DNA of 64,000 nucleotides, from positions 55,850-119,849 of the forward strand of contig JAEOSZ010000066.1 in NCBI GenBank assembly GCA_016840095.1, read 5' to 3'. The stretch is from Candidatus Heimdallarchaeota archaeon (lineage in GTDB: Archaea; Asgardarchaeota; Heimdallarchaeia; Heimdallarchaeales; Heimdallarchaeaceae). The notes beneath the pieces are model-generated. The model saw only the letters and a list, made by a program, of their open reading frames with translations, was not told the origin of the DNA and ran no database searches. Each line of letters begins with the position of its first letter. Positions within the stretch are counted from its first letter, which is position 1. Both the position numbers and the translations under genes were made by a program. Shown here one piece after another: positions 51,831-62,525 of the stretch.

Positions 51831-52640
51831 TCAGCGCTTTTGTAAATCTTGGTAACCCATCCATTCTTTTGACTCAAAAGGATGAAAGAGAACCTTTTCA
51901 TTGGTTTCAAGTTGAAGAACTTGAGCAAGTTTTCGTAAAGCTATATTACAATAATCTACAAATGGAATGAACAGAAGATTCATTCTGTTCTTTTGATATA
52001 TCGGTATAGAACTTGAATCTAAATTGAAACTTACTATAGTATTGACTCCAGATTCTTTCAAATCACGAATTTCAGATATCGAAAATTTCTCGTTTTCTAA
52101 TACAAATGACAATTTATCCTCTGGTTGTCCAAAGGTATGAGTGATCCATTTTTTATTTAGATGTCCTAAAGATGAAAGGAAATCTTGAAAATTCATTTCA
52201 GGTATATTCCAAACAATCAATTTTTTATCAGATTTTGTTATACAACTTGAATTCTCTATTGTATTGAACCCTAGAGTTTGAAGAAAGTAAGGAGAACTTC
52301 CCTTGATTGAATATAACCATTCAAAAGGTAGTCTTATTGTTTTAATGTTGTTCACGATTAACGAACGTAGTAATTCAAAATCTACTTCTGATAATGGAAA
52401 TTCATTTTCTGAAATTGATAAAGGTAGTAGATTAACAGCTACATTTGCTTTGTTCTCATTCATAAAATGAACTAGTTTTAGGTTCATCAAAGGGGAAACA
52501 ACTATGCATTTAACATTGGTAGCTTTAAGTTTATGTGGAGAATATGTTCCGAATTCAATCCCAAAATCCTTTGATTGCTTTGTTTCCCTATCACAAACAC
52601 TTGCTACTGAACTAAGAATCTCATCTAATGATTTTGTCAT
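51831..52640 (-). CDS. Hypothetical protein (possibly degenerate NIF3-like)
   Basis: Layout resembles NIF3 but the metal-binding histidines are missing. Weak call. Confidence 0.4.
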   Translation of the reverse strand: MTKSLDEILSSVASVCDRETKQSKDFGIEFGTYSPHKLKATNVKCIVVSPLMNLKLVHFMNENKANVAVNLLPLSISENEFPLSEVDFELLRSLIVNNIKTIRLPFEWLYSIKGSSPYFLQTLGFNTIENSSCITKSDKKLIVWNIPEMNFQDFLSSLGHLNKKWITHTFGQPEDKLSFVLENEKFSISEIRDLKESGVNTIVSFNLDSSSIPIYQKNRMNLLFIPFVDYCNIALRKLAQVLQLETNEKVLFHPFESKEWMGYQDLQKR

Positions 52641-52727
52641 TCTAAATGAATAAATATTAACAGCTTAAAAAACACTTTGGGGGCTGTGTTGAAACTAAAA
52701 ATAGTAAAAACTCAATAATACTATTTT

Positions 52728-53789
52728 CTAGAAATCTTCGATTTGTTGACGAATTTCATGTTCATTGATAAAATTCTCAAGTTCTGTAAACTCCAATGGG
52801 GTTCCAACTCTGACACCCTCGACTTCAATTTCCATTGCACTCAGAGCTGCAGCAATTTTAGCAGTATCTTCTAAGCTCTTTTTCTTTAAAATACCATATA
52901 GTATTCCACTCATTGTAGCATCTCCAGCACCAGTTGTATCTTGCAGAAAAACCTTGGGTGGGATTGTTTTTACAATTTTAACTCCATCACTTAACCATTG
53001 TCCATTTTTTCCAAAGGTTATATTAACTATTTTAGCACCCCAATCAAATAAAGCTCTCATTCCTTTAATTGGGTCTGTTTCATTAGTTAATGCGTTCAAT
53101 TCCTCTTCATTCATACTAACAATATCGCTTTTATTTAGAAGAGAAATGGTTTCCTTTGGACGATTTTTAATTATGGAAATTGATGGAGCACCTGCAATCA
53201 AGTTATTCTTCGATTTCGCAAGTTCTATACATCTTTCAATTGCATTTATTCCATCATCTGATGTTAAAGAGGTCCACAGAAAACATTTAGTTGTAAGTAG
53301 TTTGTCTTCTGATAGATGCTCTTTTCTGAATAGATTGTTTGCACCTTTATACGCTAAAATCGAGCTATCTTTTCCCCAAGGGGTTAGTAAAATGACTGAA
53401 ATAGCCGTTGTTTCATTTTTAAATACTTCAACACCAGAAACATCTACGCCCTTACTTCTCATGTCATCTAAACAAACATTACCATTCATATCATCTCCAA
53501 CACCTCCAATAAACGCAGTTCTAAAACCCAGTTGAGACAAATTACTGGCAACATTTGCTGCAGATCCACCTGGGAAGAATTTAACATTTCTTACATTTAA
53601 TTTGGATGAATGCTCTATTGCCATATACTTCTTTTGAGATTGGTTCTTATCCACCAATTCCATTCTGAGAACATCATCCACAGAAAAAATCATATCCATA
53701 GTGCACGAACCTAAACCTACTAAATCATATTTCTGGTTACTATCATTCATTATTAGATATTTTATTTTATTGTATAATAATTTAATCAC
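52728..53789 (-). CDS. PfkB-family carbohydrate kinase
   Basis: PGGSAANVA, G.VGDD.NG, NEEE and DTTGAGD motifs. Confidence 0.92.
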   Translation of the reverse strand: MIKLLYNKIKYLIMNDSNQKYDLVGLGSCTMDMIFSVDDVLRMELVDKNQSQKKYMAIEHSSKLNVRNVKFFPGGSAANVASNLSQLGFRTAFIGGVGDDMNGNVCLDDMRSKGVDVSGVEVFKNETTAISVILLTPWGKDSSILAYKGANNLFRKEHLSEDKLLTTKCFLWTSLTSDDGINAIERCIELAKSKNNLIAGAPSISIIKNRPKETISLLNKSDIVSMNEEELNALTNETDPIKGMRALFDWGAKIVNITFGKNGQWLSDGVKIVKTIPPKVFLQDTTGAGDATMSGILYGILKKKSLEDTAKIAAALSAMEIEVEGVRVGTPLEFTELENFINEHEIRQQIEDF

Positions 53790-53843
53790 TATCTAATTCA
53801 TAGAATTTCGTAAAAAATAGAAAAAGAAGAAAAGAAATTATAC

Positions 53844-55640
53844 TTAACCTATAATGAAAAATTCTGTTGCCCATAGAATCTCTTCATCATCTTCAGTATA
53901 AGTAAATTGTATTATGTCTCCTATATCAGCTAAGACAACTTGGTTCCAGTGAGTGGCATTTAGGTAATCTTGAGAACACCTAATTATTTGAGAATTATTC
54001 AATTGGAATATAAAAATACTATTTCCATTATCTACATAAGAACCTATATTGTCTATTTCAGCTATGATATAATCTTGCTGTGGAATTTCAGAAGCAAAGA
54101 AGGATTTGAATTGCAATCGTGCTTCTCTTACTACTTCAGAACCTGCAAGACCTTCAGCTTCAGCTATTGATATGTAACTAGAATCTAAAGCATCAATTAC
54201 ACAAACATGGGACAGTCGTTGTATGCTTCCACTTCGCCAATAAATAGGTATAAACCAAGCAAGACGATAACCAATTGAGGTGTTCAGAGTATAAGGTACT
54301 GGCATTTGAACAATATAGTTTCCTTCATTGGGGGCAGTAAGTTGACCTTCAGCCAAAGTAGAAGCAGTAATTGCAGAAATATATCCACTTTCTCTTAAGT
54401 TGTAAAAAGTTGTTCCATTTTTTCTTAGAATTCCAATTCCAGCAAGAGTTTCTAAAGAATCTCTTGGATGTGTTGCAAAGAATGCGAGAGTTGAATTCTT
54501 ATATTTGACATATCTAATATCTTCAACTCCTTCACCATAGAACCCAAGCCTGTCTGAACTGTAGTGAGGAAATCCAGGTAGCAAACGTATGTTTCCTTCA
54601 GCTGTTGTATCTCGTCTGTTTCCCCATTTAATGATCCATTCTAATTCAATCAAGTCCTCTGAAAATACTTGCAAAAGATAATCTGGAGTTGTATCAAGCT
54701 CATCAGCTGTGTAATGAGTCAGTAGTTCCCCTGTCTTTATGTCTAACACATCTATACCATCTGATAACCATGCACCATATACATTTCTGGTTGACCTAGT
54801 TACAACATAAACCCAATCTGTTCCTGTCCATGTAGGATAAGATCGCCAATATTTAGCATTTTGATTGCGTCTATAGTTTTTCAAATTGATATTATGATTA
54901 TACCATAAACCCTCAGCGTAGTTGAAATCACCTTGTGCAAAATCAATAATTACTGGTTCAGCATTCGGATTGTTGACCTCTACTAAAACTAATCCCCAAG
55001 CAAGATTGAATTGCCCTGATTTCCAGATTTGTGCTGATTTCCTTGGAGCATAAATCATGCACCAATATATTGAATCATTAACATAGATTACGTTAGCTTG
55101 AGTTAATACTGCATTAGAGCCAAACGCTGCTTTGTTTTGTTCAGCTTTACTTATTGCAAATTCCTTAGTAACTAGTCTGATATTATTGTCTATTTCATTT
55201 TCTTCATCTAAAACAATGAAAGGCAAATTAGAAGAGTCATAAGTAACAGTATTTTCAAAATACTTAGCACTCAACATAGATTTGCGTATTCCCAACAGTG
55301 CATTTCCACCTACTATAATAAGAAGAATCAAAACAACTACAGAAATAAGAGATTTCCTTCTTCTTTGAAATCGAACGATAAGATTTACCTTACTAATCGC
55401 TAGTTCAAAAATTACAGCAAGAAGAGTTGTAACAGAACCTACAACGATCAGATGTTCTAAAGCTCCTACCATTATTGTGCGATTAAGGAAACCAACTATC
55501 CACACTCCTAATAGCAGTAATAAGAACATTAATCCCGCAAGATAGCCTAAAACTTTATTTCTTTGTTTTATTCGAAAAATTATCCAGATAAGTGGAATGT
55601 AAGCTACAAATAATAGAAAAGTAATGCCTGCATAACTCAT
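53844..55640 (-). CDS. Membrane protein with 4 N-terminal TMs and a large extracellular beta-rich domain
   Basis: Hydrophobic N-terminus followed by a W/Y/N-rich domain with sequons. Confidence 0.6.
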   Translation of the reverse strand: MSYAGITFLLFVAYIPLIWIIFRIKQRNKVLGYLAGLMFLLLLLGVWIVGFLNRTIMVGALEHLIVVGSVTTLLAVIFELAISKVNLIVRFQRRRKSLISVVVLILLIIVGGNALLGIRKSMLSAKYFENTVTYDSSNLPFIVLDEENEIDNNIRLVTKEFAISKAEQNKAAFGSNAVLTQANVIYVNDSIYWCMIYAPRKSAQIWKSGQFNLAWGLVLVEVNNPNAEPVIIDFAQGDFNYAEGLWYNHNINLKNYRRNQNAKYWRSYPTWTGTDWVYVVTRSTRNVYGAWLSDGIDVLDIKTGELLTHYTADELDTTPDYLLQVFSEDLIELEWIIKWGNRRDTTAEGNIRLLPGFPHYSSDRLGFYGEGVEDIRYVKYKNSTLAFFATHPRDSLETLAGIGILRKNGTTFYNLRESGYISAITASTLAEGQLTAPNEGNYIVQMPVPYTLNTSIGYRLAWFIPIYWRSGSIQRLSHVCVIDALDSSYISIAEAEGLAGSEVVREARLQFKSFFASEIPQQDYIIAEIDNIGSYVDNGNSIFIFQLNNSQIIRCSQDYLNATHWNQVVLADIGDIIQFTYTEDDEEILWATEFFIIG

Positions 55641-55690
55641 AACTTGTGTATGCGAATTGGAAATATAAATCTACTTCAAAAACAATTCAT

Positions 55691-56554
55691 CTAGTTTATT
55701 ATGGTTGGAGGTCCTTCTTTTATCTTTTCTCTTATTTCTTTAATATCTCCTTTCCATTGGTAGACTCTTTCAACCCACCAATTTAATACACCGGACTCAA
55801 TAATTGGTTTGAAATATTCTTTAACGTTTGATTCTCTTTTTGGTAATTTTCCAAGGTTTATGAAATCAAAGTTCTTTGTATGACCTCTGTGCTTCTTGAT
55901 AAAGGAGCTTAGCTTTTCATAATACTTTGCTACGACTTCACCATTTTTATCTTTAAATTCCGGAAAAACTCCGTCATATCTAGCAGCTCTTTGAAAGGGT
56001 TTAGTAGTCCAAGACCAACTTCCCCCTCCAACCCAGATAGGAATTTTTGTTTTGTCTCCATATGGTTTTGGTTTGAAAGTTGTATTCTCTGCAATAGAAT
56101 AGTGTTTTCCCTTGAAAGCAAAAGGTTCACCTTTCCATAGTCCTTGTAGAATATCAAGAGATTCGTCAAGTTTTTCGGCACGAATTTTCACATTGCGTTC
56201 TTCACCAAATCGCTCAAAATCATTGTTTACAGTTGAGCCAAGTCCTACTCCAAGTATCAACCTACCTTTAGAAAGATTGTCAAGTGAAACTGTTTCTCTT
56301 GCTACTTTCCAAGGTCTTCTCCTTGCTAAAGGTGTTATCATTGGACCAAGTCTGATTTTCTTTGTTCTTGCTGCAACTCCAGCTAAAACAATCCATGGAT
56401 CAAACATTTCTACTTGTCCAGTACCTACATGAATAATGTGATCCCATGGAAAAAATCCATCCCACCCAGCTTCTTCAGCATCTACAGCTAAATCTATCAC
56501 TTCCTGAATGTCACTGAATTTTCCTCCATTCTTGATGGAAATTCCAAATTTCAT
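55691..56554 (-). CDS. LLM-class (luciferase-like) flavin/F420-dependent oxidoreductase
   Basis: AEEAGWDG...WDH, DPW..LA..A.RT, LD.LS.GRL.LGVG.G and IPIWVGG motifs. Start moved to MKFGIS. Confidence 0.9.
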   Translation of the reverse strand: MKFGISIKNGGKFSDIQEVIDLAVDAEEAGWDGFFPWDHIIHVGTGQVEMFDPWIVLAGVAARTKKIRLGPMITPLARRRPWKVARETVSLDNLSKGRLILGVGLGSTVNNDFERFGEERNVKIRAEKLDESLDILQGLWKGEPFAFKGKHYSIAENTTFKPKPYGDKTKIPIWVGGGSWSWTTKPFQRAARYDGVFPEFKDKNGEVVAKYYEKLSSFIKKHRGHTKNFDFINLGKLPKRESNVKEYFKPIIESGVLNWWVERVYQWKGDIKEIREKIKEGPPTIIN

Positions 56555-56738
56555 GATATCAAGAAGGGGATACAAATAGTAATAAGCTTTGTTAATTTGA
56601 ATATTTGAAAAAAGAAGAAATTCAATCCCAAGGAATAGTTTTCTAATCAATAATTTCTACTTATTATAATTCGCATTTACATGATAGAAGAAACTATTTT
56701 GCCATTAAATTTTTATTTAGTTTCACATATTCTAATTT

Positions 56739-57623
56739 ATGACTAAAATTGCTATTTTGGCTAATATAGCAGCAGATATTCCCTCATATCTTTTAGAAAA
56801 ATACAATATCTATACAGTTCAAGTACCTGTTGAGTTTCCAGATTCAAAAGAGGTTTTAGTATATCCAGGTAGCATAACAGAGAATGATTTTCTAAATAGA
56901 GTTCATACAGATAAGAAAAGTCCTAAGCCTGTTCAACCAACAGTAGACTACTTTGTGGATCTTTTCAAAAATCTAGAAACTAGAGGATATGAACATGTTT
57001 TCATTGTTAATATGACATCTAGAGGAACAGGAATTGTTAATACTGTTCGAGCTAGTATCTTGCAATATCAAAAACAGGGAGGAAAATGTCAGTTTTACCA
57101 ATATGACTCAAAAGAGGGATCATTTGGAGCAGGAATAATTGTGATCAAAGCTGCAATTTTTCTTAAAGAAAATAAAAACATAAAGGACATTTCTTCCTTT
57201 CTGGATAATTTCAAGAATACCGAATTAAAAACGACTTTTACATTTGAAAGCTTAAAATACCTTCAAAGAAGTGGTAGAATAGGGCTTATCAAATTTGTAA
57301 TGGGGTCACTTCTAAACATCTATCCTTGTCTAGAAGGAACACGAGAGGGAACAATTAACTCTTTTAATCAAGCAAAATCATATGAGGAAGCAGTTGAAGC
57401 AATAGTAGTCCAAGCATATGAATCTATGAAACATCTAGACAAATTGGGTTGCTACATAGTTTCAGGGAATGCAGAAACAGGTTCCAAACTTGCTGAGCAA
57501 AAACTTACTGTTCAATTTCCAGATGTGAATTATTATGGAATCATCCCTATGAGTGTAATAACTTATTGTTTTACAGGACCGGGTTCTGTCATAGTTATTA
57601 TGTTTAAAGACTTCGAACATTGA
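56739..57623 (+). CDS. DegV-family fatty-acid-binding protein
   Basis: DSK, L.YL.RSGRIG, G.LLNI.P and TGPG motifs. Confidence 0.85.
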   Translation: MTKIAILANIAADIPSYLLEKYNIYTVQVPVEFPDSKEVLVYPGSITENDFLNRVHTDKKSPKPVQPTVDYFVDLFKNLETRGYEHVFIVNMTSRGTGIVNTVRASILQYQKQGGKCQFYQYDSKEGSFGAGIIVIKAAIFLKENKNIKDISSFLDNFKNTELKTTFTFESLKYLQRSGRIGLIKFVMGSLLNIYPCLEGTREGTINSFNQAKSYEEAVEAIVVQAYESMKHLDKLGCYIVSGNAETGSKLAEQKLTVQFPDVNYYGIIPMSVITYCFTGPGSVIVIMFKDFEH

Positions 57624-57646
57624 TAATCTTGAGAAAAAAGATTATG

Positions 57647-58483
57647 TTAAGCACTTAAGACTTCATACCATTTCTTCAGAGATAGTGCTTTCCACTGTTC
57701 CCTTCCTTCTCTAGGTGGATAATAATCTACTTTATCAGCTTGTTTAACAATTTCTTCTTCTGTTTCTCCTTCAGCAATCAAGTCATTCATTAGAGAAATT
57801 ACTTTATTAAGATAATCTAGGAATTTTTCCAGAGGTTCTTTGTCAGATGTTGAACCATGCCCAGGGATATAGTGCTCTACTTCAAGATCAAGATATTCCT
57901 GAATAGCTTTTGCCCATTTCACGGGATTTGAGGTTGGTGTTCCCCCCCATGGAAAGCTATGATTAAATAAATTATCACCAGCAAACATTGTTCCGTAATT
58001 TGGACAATAGACATAACTAGAACCTTCAGTATGTCCTCCTGTTCTTTTGATAATTACTTTTACATCACCATCTATTAACTCATACTCATCTGCAAAGGTC
58101 TTGTTAGCAAGAACAATTTTTAGTCCATCCAATCCTGCAGGATCCTCTGCGTTCTTCTTCCATTCTTCTATAGCTTTTGGTGTCCAATTCTTCTCTTTAG
58201 ATTCAACCATTGCTTCATGTGTTAACTCTGAAGTGATAATCTCACAGTCTTCAAAAACTTGATTTCCAAAAACATGATCACCATGTGCATGGGTTATAAA
58301 AAGCGTCGACGCTTTTTTTCCAGTTTCTTGTTCAATATGCTCTCTAAATCTCTTTATCATAGGAATATGCATACCTGAATCAACAAAAATCACTTGATTT
58401 GGTAAAACGTATGCTGCAACATTTCCTCTGGTACTACCATCAGTAACTGCATAAACATTATCCTTTATTTTTTCTATAGACAT
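57647..58483 (-). CDS. Metallo-beta-lactamase-fold hydrolase (cyclase-like)
   Basis: THAHGDH, GHT, FAGD and PGHG motifs. Confidence 0.9.
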   Translation of the reverse strand: MSIEKIKDNVYAVTDGSTRGNVAAYVLPNQVIFVDSGMHIPMIKRFREHIEQETGKKASTLFITHAHGDHVFGNQVFEDCEIITSELTHEAMVESKEKNWTPKAIEEWKKNAEDPAGLDGLKIVLANKTFADEYELIDGDVKVIIKRTGGHTEGSSYVYCPNYGTMFAGDNLFNHSFPWGGTPTSNPVKWAKAIQEYLDLEVEHYIPGHGSTSDKEPLEKFLDYLNKVISLMNDLIAEGETEEEIVKQADKVDYYPPREGREQWKALSLKKWYEVLSA

Positions 58484-58543
58484 TGAAAATACCTAAGAAG
58501 CTAAGCTATTAGTTGTAGAAAAAACTTTGGGATGAAAGAAAAA

Positions 58544-59308
58544 CTATCTCTTTTCACGTAATTTCCAGCAGGTTATAGCCTTAGATACAATTTTCTTCTT
58601 ATTCTTTGTTATTTGGTGTGCTGCCTTGATACTATCTTTCTCTTCTTTCAAAATCTCTGTTTCAATGATTATATCATCCTCATAAAATCCTTGTTCCTTG
58701 TAACTAATCTCTAGTTTCTGCAGTTTATATTTCTTAACTATTTTTTCTGGCATTCCTTCTAGTATCCAATGTATGTGTGAAATATGATTCACATGTTGCT
58801 GAATATCCAAATCTTGTAGTCTTACTTTCAGTGATTTGCGTGCTTCAATATTATTAGGTAATTGTAAACCTGGAAAGTCATAATCTAAAGCTCTTCTTTC
58901 TACTGCTTTAAAATCAGGCCAAAAGTCCATAAAGTTAATGGGTTGTCTTTTTCGATAATTGAATAACAACCAACTTGTTGTAGCTTTGCAAATGATATTA
59001 TTTTCTTCATCCATTATTTCAAAATCTCTGATTGTATATTTAGGGCTACCAGATTCAGCTACCCAAGTTGTTATTTTAAGCTCTTCATCAAATTGAGGAT
59101 ATCTAACAACGTCAACTGTATATCGTAAAAGCAACCAAGTTAGATTTTTATGAAAGATTTGATGATGGCCAACACCTAGTTGATCAGCATGTTTGTAAGC
59201 AATGTGCTGAAGATAATCTAAAAGAGCTGTAATCTTTACTTTTCCATTAACATCAATTTCACTTATTCTGGGAGTAAAGGTCATTTCATACATTATTATC
59301 ACTAACAA
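58544..59308 (-). CDS. Acyl-ACP thioesterase (FatA/FatB-like double hotdog fold)
   Basis: EID.NG, YLQ..A..H, W.L.R, TW and DLD.Q.HVN motifs. Confidence 0.85.
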   Translation of the reverse strand: MLVIIMYEMTFTPRISEIDVNGKVKITALLDYLQHIAYKHADQLGVGHHQIFHKNLTWLLLRYTVDVVRYPQFDEELKITTWVAESGSPKYTIRDFEIMDEENNIICKATTSWLLFNYRKRQPINFMDFWPDFKAVERRALDYDFPGLQLPNNIEARKSLKVRLQDLDIQQHVNHISHIHWILEGMPEKIVKKYKLQKLEISYKEQGFYEDDIIIETEILKEEKDSIKAAHQITKNKKKIVSKAITCWKLREKR

Positions 59309-59389
59309 AACAGACCTGATTTGGGATTATTTAAGACTTATTCAAAAATAAATCAAGATATGTGATTTTCAATATTTAATTAGGTTTAA

Positions 59390-59956
<567 letters not shown>

Positions 59957-59985
59957 AGAAATTCAATATTGATTCTGTTGCTTTT

Positions 59986-60423
59986 CTACAGATATTTCTT
60001 TTTCCATTCTTCATCATCATACTGAATATCCAAAAACTTCTGAACAATCAATTTTAAATCCTTGCGATATTTGCTTTTGTTCATAGCTAGAGCTTTCAAG
60101 AAAAGGAGCTTTTCTAAAGATATAATCAGATATTCTTCTTTTTCTATTGCTTTTTCTGCTAGAAATTCATAGTGGAATAAACATATACATTTCCAAAATT
60201 CTAATTCATTTAGTTTGACTCCAAGATCACCCCATATATCTTCTTGATGCTCTGGTTCTGGGTATACTTCTTTCAATCCTTCATCATCTTCCAGTGCTAC
60301 AACAAAGTCTACATCATCCCCTGCTTTGCGGAGTCCATAATATTCCATAGCATTTCCCCCAATAAGTAAAGGTTTGTAATGGAAAGTGTAATTTACCTTA
60401 GTTAAATCTATTTTGAGATTCAT
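59986..60423 (-). CDS. Nucleotidyltransferase-fold hypothetical protein
   Basis: LIGG.AM..YGLR...DVD and L.FLK......K..KD motifs. Confidence 0.6.
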   Translation of the reverse strand: MNLKIDLTKVNYTFHYKPLLIGGNAMEYYGLRKAGDDVDFVVALEDDEGLKEVYPEPEHQEDIWGDLGVKLNELEFWKCICLFHYEFLAEKAIEKEEYLIISLEKLLFLKALAMNKSKYRKDLKLIVQKFLDIQYDDEEWKKKYL

Positions 60424-60521
60424 TGTAAAACGCTAGTTTTATTGGTATATAAGTCTGAATATCATCAAAATTGAAGAAATTAAAAGTAATTAATTCAAAT
60501 TAAGAAAATCAATTATTTAAG

Positions 60522-60548
60522 ATGTAAAACTACAGTCTACGGCCTCTA
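60522..60548 (-). repeat. Remnant of rps11 3' end, distal copy (27-bp direct repeat; encodes RGRRL*)
   Basis: atgtaaaactacagtctacggcctcta is identical to 61353-61379. Confidence 0.92.
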
Positions 60549-61276
60549 TATCTTTTAAAATAAACCACAACCACCATCAAAGGTACCACCACTAAAAAAC
60601 TGAAAATTGAATTATTGGTCGTGCTTGTTTCTGAAGGAGTGTAGATATCTACATTACCTATGGTTATATTATCAAAATAACTTATTTGTCCCATAGAGTA
60701 ATCTCCTCCACCAATTGGATAATTTATTAGTTGTACGTATAATATGGTTTCTGGTACACTTCCGAAAATTTGCAAATAAGCATCATGTAGGTTGATGGTA
60801 TGATTATGCCATACATCTATACTTTCTCCATAATATTCTATAACTCCTTGATCTGTCGTATTAATGAAATGACCAGAGAAATATGAGTAAATGTAGAGGT
60901 GTTTGTCTTCCGTACCTCTTACTCTGATTCCTACATAAGCTCCCTCTTTGTTAGGGAACATCCACTGAATATTCAAGAATGAATCATTTCTCAGATCTAT
61001 TGCTATATCTTTTGTATTGAAAGCATAAGTGCAGAAAGTATTTCCAACCATCTTTGCTACAGAACCTTCTGGATGTTCAGCAATTGTAAAATTGGAACCT
61101 GTGGTTGTTTTATCCATTACCCATCCATCTAAATTATCCTCAAAATCAAAGATATAGGCATAAGAGGGTGGAATTGAATAAGCTAATTGTACAATCAACA
61201 TCAAGAGTAAAACAACAGTAAGAAAACTACTAGATAATTTAACGAAAGGATTAGTCCTTTTTTTCATGCAAACCAT
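60530..61276 (-). CDS. Secreted/membrane-anchored beta-sandwich protein whose C-terminus (RGRRL*) is supplied by the rps11 remnant
   Basis: Signal peptide, FDFE...GW and YFDNI motifs, S/T linker, TM and basic tail. Confidence 0.75.
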   Translation of the reverse strand: MVCMKKRTNPFVKLSSSFLTVVLLLMLIVQLAYSIPPSYAYIFDFEDNLDGWVMDKTTTGSNFTIAEHPEGSVAKMVGNTFCTYAFNTKDIAIDLRNDSFLNIQWMFPNKEGAYVGIRVRGTEDKHLYIYSYFSGHFINTTDQGVIEYYGESIDVWHNHTINLHDAYLQIFGSVPETILYVQLINYPIGGGDYSMGQISYFDNITIGNVDIYTPSETSTTNNSIFSFLVVVPLMVVVVYFKRYRGRRL

Positions 61277-61352
61277 ACAACTATCTCATATACACTTTTG
61301 AAGTTTATCCCTTTAAAAAATATAAAAACAAGTAAAGTAAAAAATGTGTAAA

Positions 61353-61380
61353 ATGTAAAACTACAGTCTACGGCCTCTAC
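61353..61380 (-). repeat. Remnant of rps11 3' end, proximal copy
   Basis: 61361-61380 (ctacagtctacggcctctac) matches the rps11 end at 63067-63086 (ttacattctacggcctctac) at 18 of 20 positions. Confidence 0.92.
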
Positions 61381-62522
61381 AGAAGCGTTTGTTTTTCGTA
61401 CTCAATCCCTTTCTTCAGTAGTTGTATTTTCATGACTAGATTATCCACAATTTCTTGTTTCTCTTCTGTTTTCTTTTCCTTTAATCCAGAGATAATCTCT
61501 TGACTTGCTTTAGCAATTATTCTTTCTTCCTCTTCAAACATCCCTTCCGCTTTCCCATACAGGCACCAGAACTCCACCCTCTCCGCCACTTTCGGATACA
61601 CTTTCAAATCCTTCTCCTTGAATATCGCTTGAGTAGATCTCTTAGCATCGATGATTCTTTTCGTATTATTTTCGTAGTATACAACTATTTCAGGTTGAAT
61701 CCAAGACTGTTCTTCAAGTTCAGGAGTATCTATTTTAGGTTTCCATTTCCAATCTAAACCATCTAACAAAACCTCAGCTATCTCTTTACACAGCTCTTCC
61801 CACTTGTAAGCAGTAGTATTAGTAAACCAACAAGCTTCAGCTTCTTTATGTCTATAGAGATGACTAGGATCAGCAAAACCTCTACCACAATCCTCACAAA
61901 CAAAAGGTTTCTCATCAGTATGCATGGCTATGATATGTAACTTCAGTCCTCGAGCATGAGGAAATGCAGAATCACATTCTTCACAAGCATAGGGTCGATG
62001 GTTTTGATGAACAACTCGAACATGGTCATTAAGATGACTGCGAAGTTTGAAGGCAAAACCACATTCTTCACAAACATATTGCCGTTGGTCTGTGTGAATA
62101 GCGGTAATATGTTCTTTCAAGTGTTGAGGAAGTTTGAAAGCATCTCCACATTCCTTACAAATGTGAGGACGAAGATTTTGATGAACCGATTTAATGTGAC
62201 GTTCCAGATTATCTTTTCGAAGGAATTTATCATCACAAAGAGAGCATTTGAAAGTTTTTTCTTGATTATGAACGGAATTAACATGGCGTCTGAGAGAAGC
62301 AAGTTGAGTAAATGATTCATTGCAAATCTCACAAGAATACTTAATGCCAAGATGTTTTTCCTTGATATGTCTATCAAGAATATCTTTACGTTTAGTAGAA
62401 AAAGAACAATGAGGGCACTCAAAAGGTTTTACGGTAGAATGAACAGAATCTTGATGACGTTTAAGATTGGACTTTCGAGTAAATTTCTTCTCACATTGAT
62501 TGCATTCAAAACTTGTACTCAT
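61377..62522 (-). CDS. 8x C2H2 zinc-finger array fused to a putative PD-(D/E)xK nuclease domain
   Basis: Seven C2H2 fingers and one C2HC finger with TDEKP/QNxRP-type linkers, followed by KWEELC..IA (helix Glu), QPEI and IIDAKRS. Confidence 0.85.
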   Translation of the reverse strand: MSTSFECNQCEKKFTRKSNLKRHQDSVHSTVKPFECPHCSFSTKRKDILDRHIKEKHLGIKYSCEICNESFTQLASLRRHVNSVHNQEKTFKCSLCDDKFLRKDNLERHIKSVHQNLRPHICKECGDAFKLPQHLKEHITAIHTDQRQYVCEECGFAFKLRSHLNDHVRVVHQNHRPYACEECDSAFPHARGLKLHIIAMHTDEKPFVCEDCGRGFADPSHLYRHKEAEACWFTNTTAYKWEELCKEIAEVLLDGLDWKWKPKIDTPELEEQSWIQPEIVVYYENNTKRIIDAKRSTQAIFKEKDLKVYPKVAERVEFWCLYGKAEGMFEEEERIIAKASQEIISGLKEKKTEEKQEIVDNLVMKIQLLKKGIEYEKQTLL

Positions 62523-62525
62523 CTT

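Noticed and set aside
52765-53535. 256-aa antisense ORF and the other short shadow ORFs in the track
   Set aside because: They overlap well-supported genes on the opposite strand or in another frame and have no coherent motifs.
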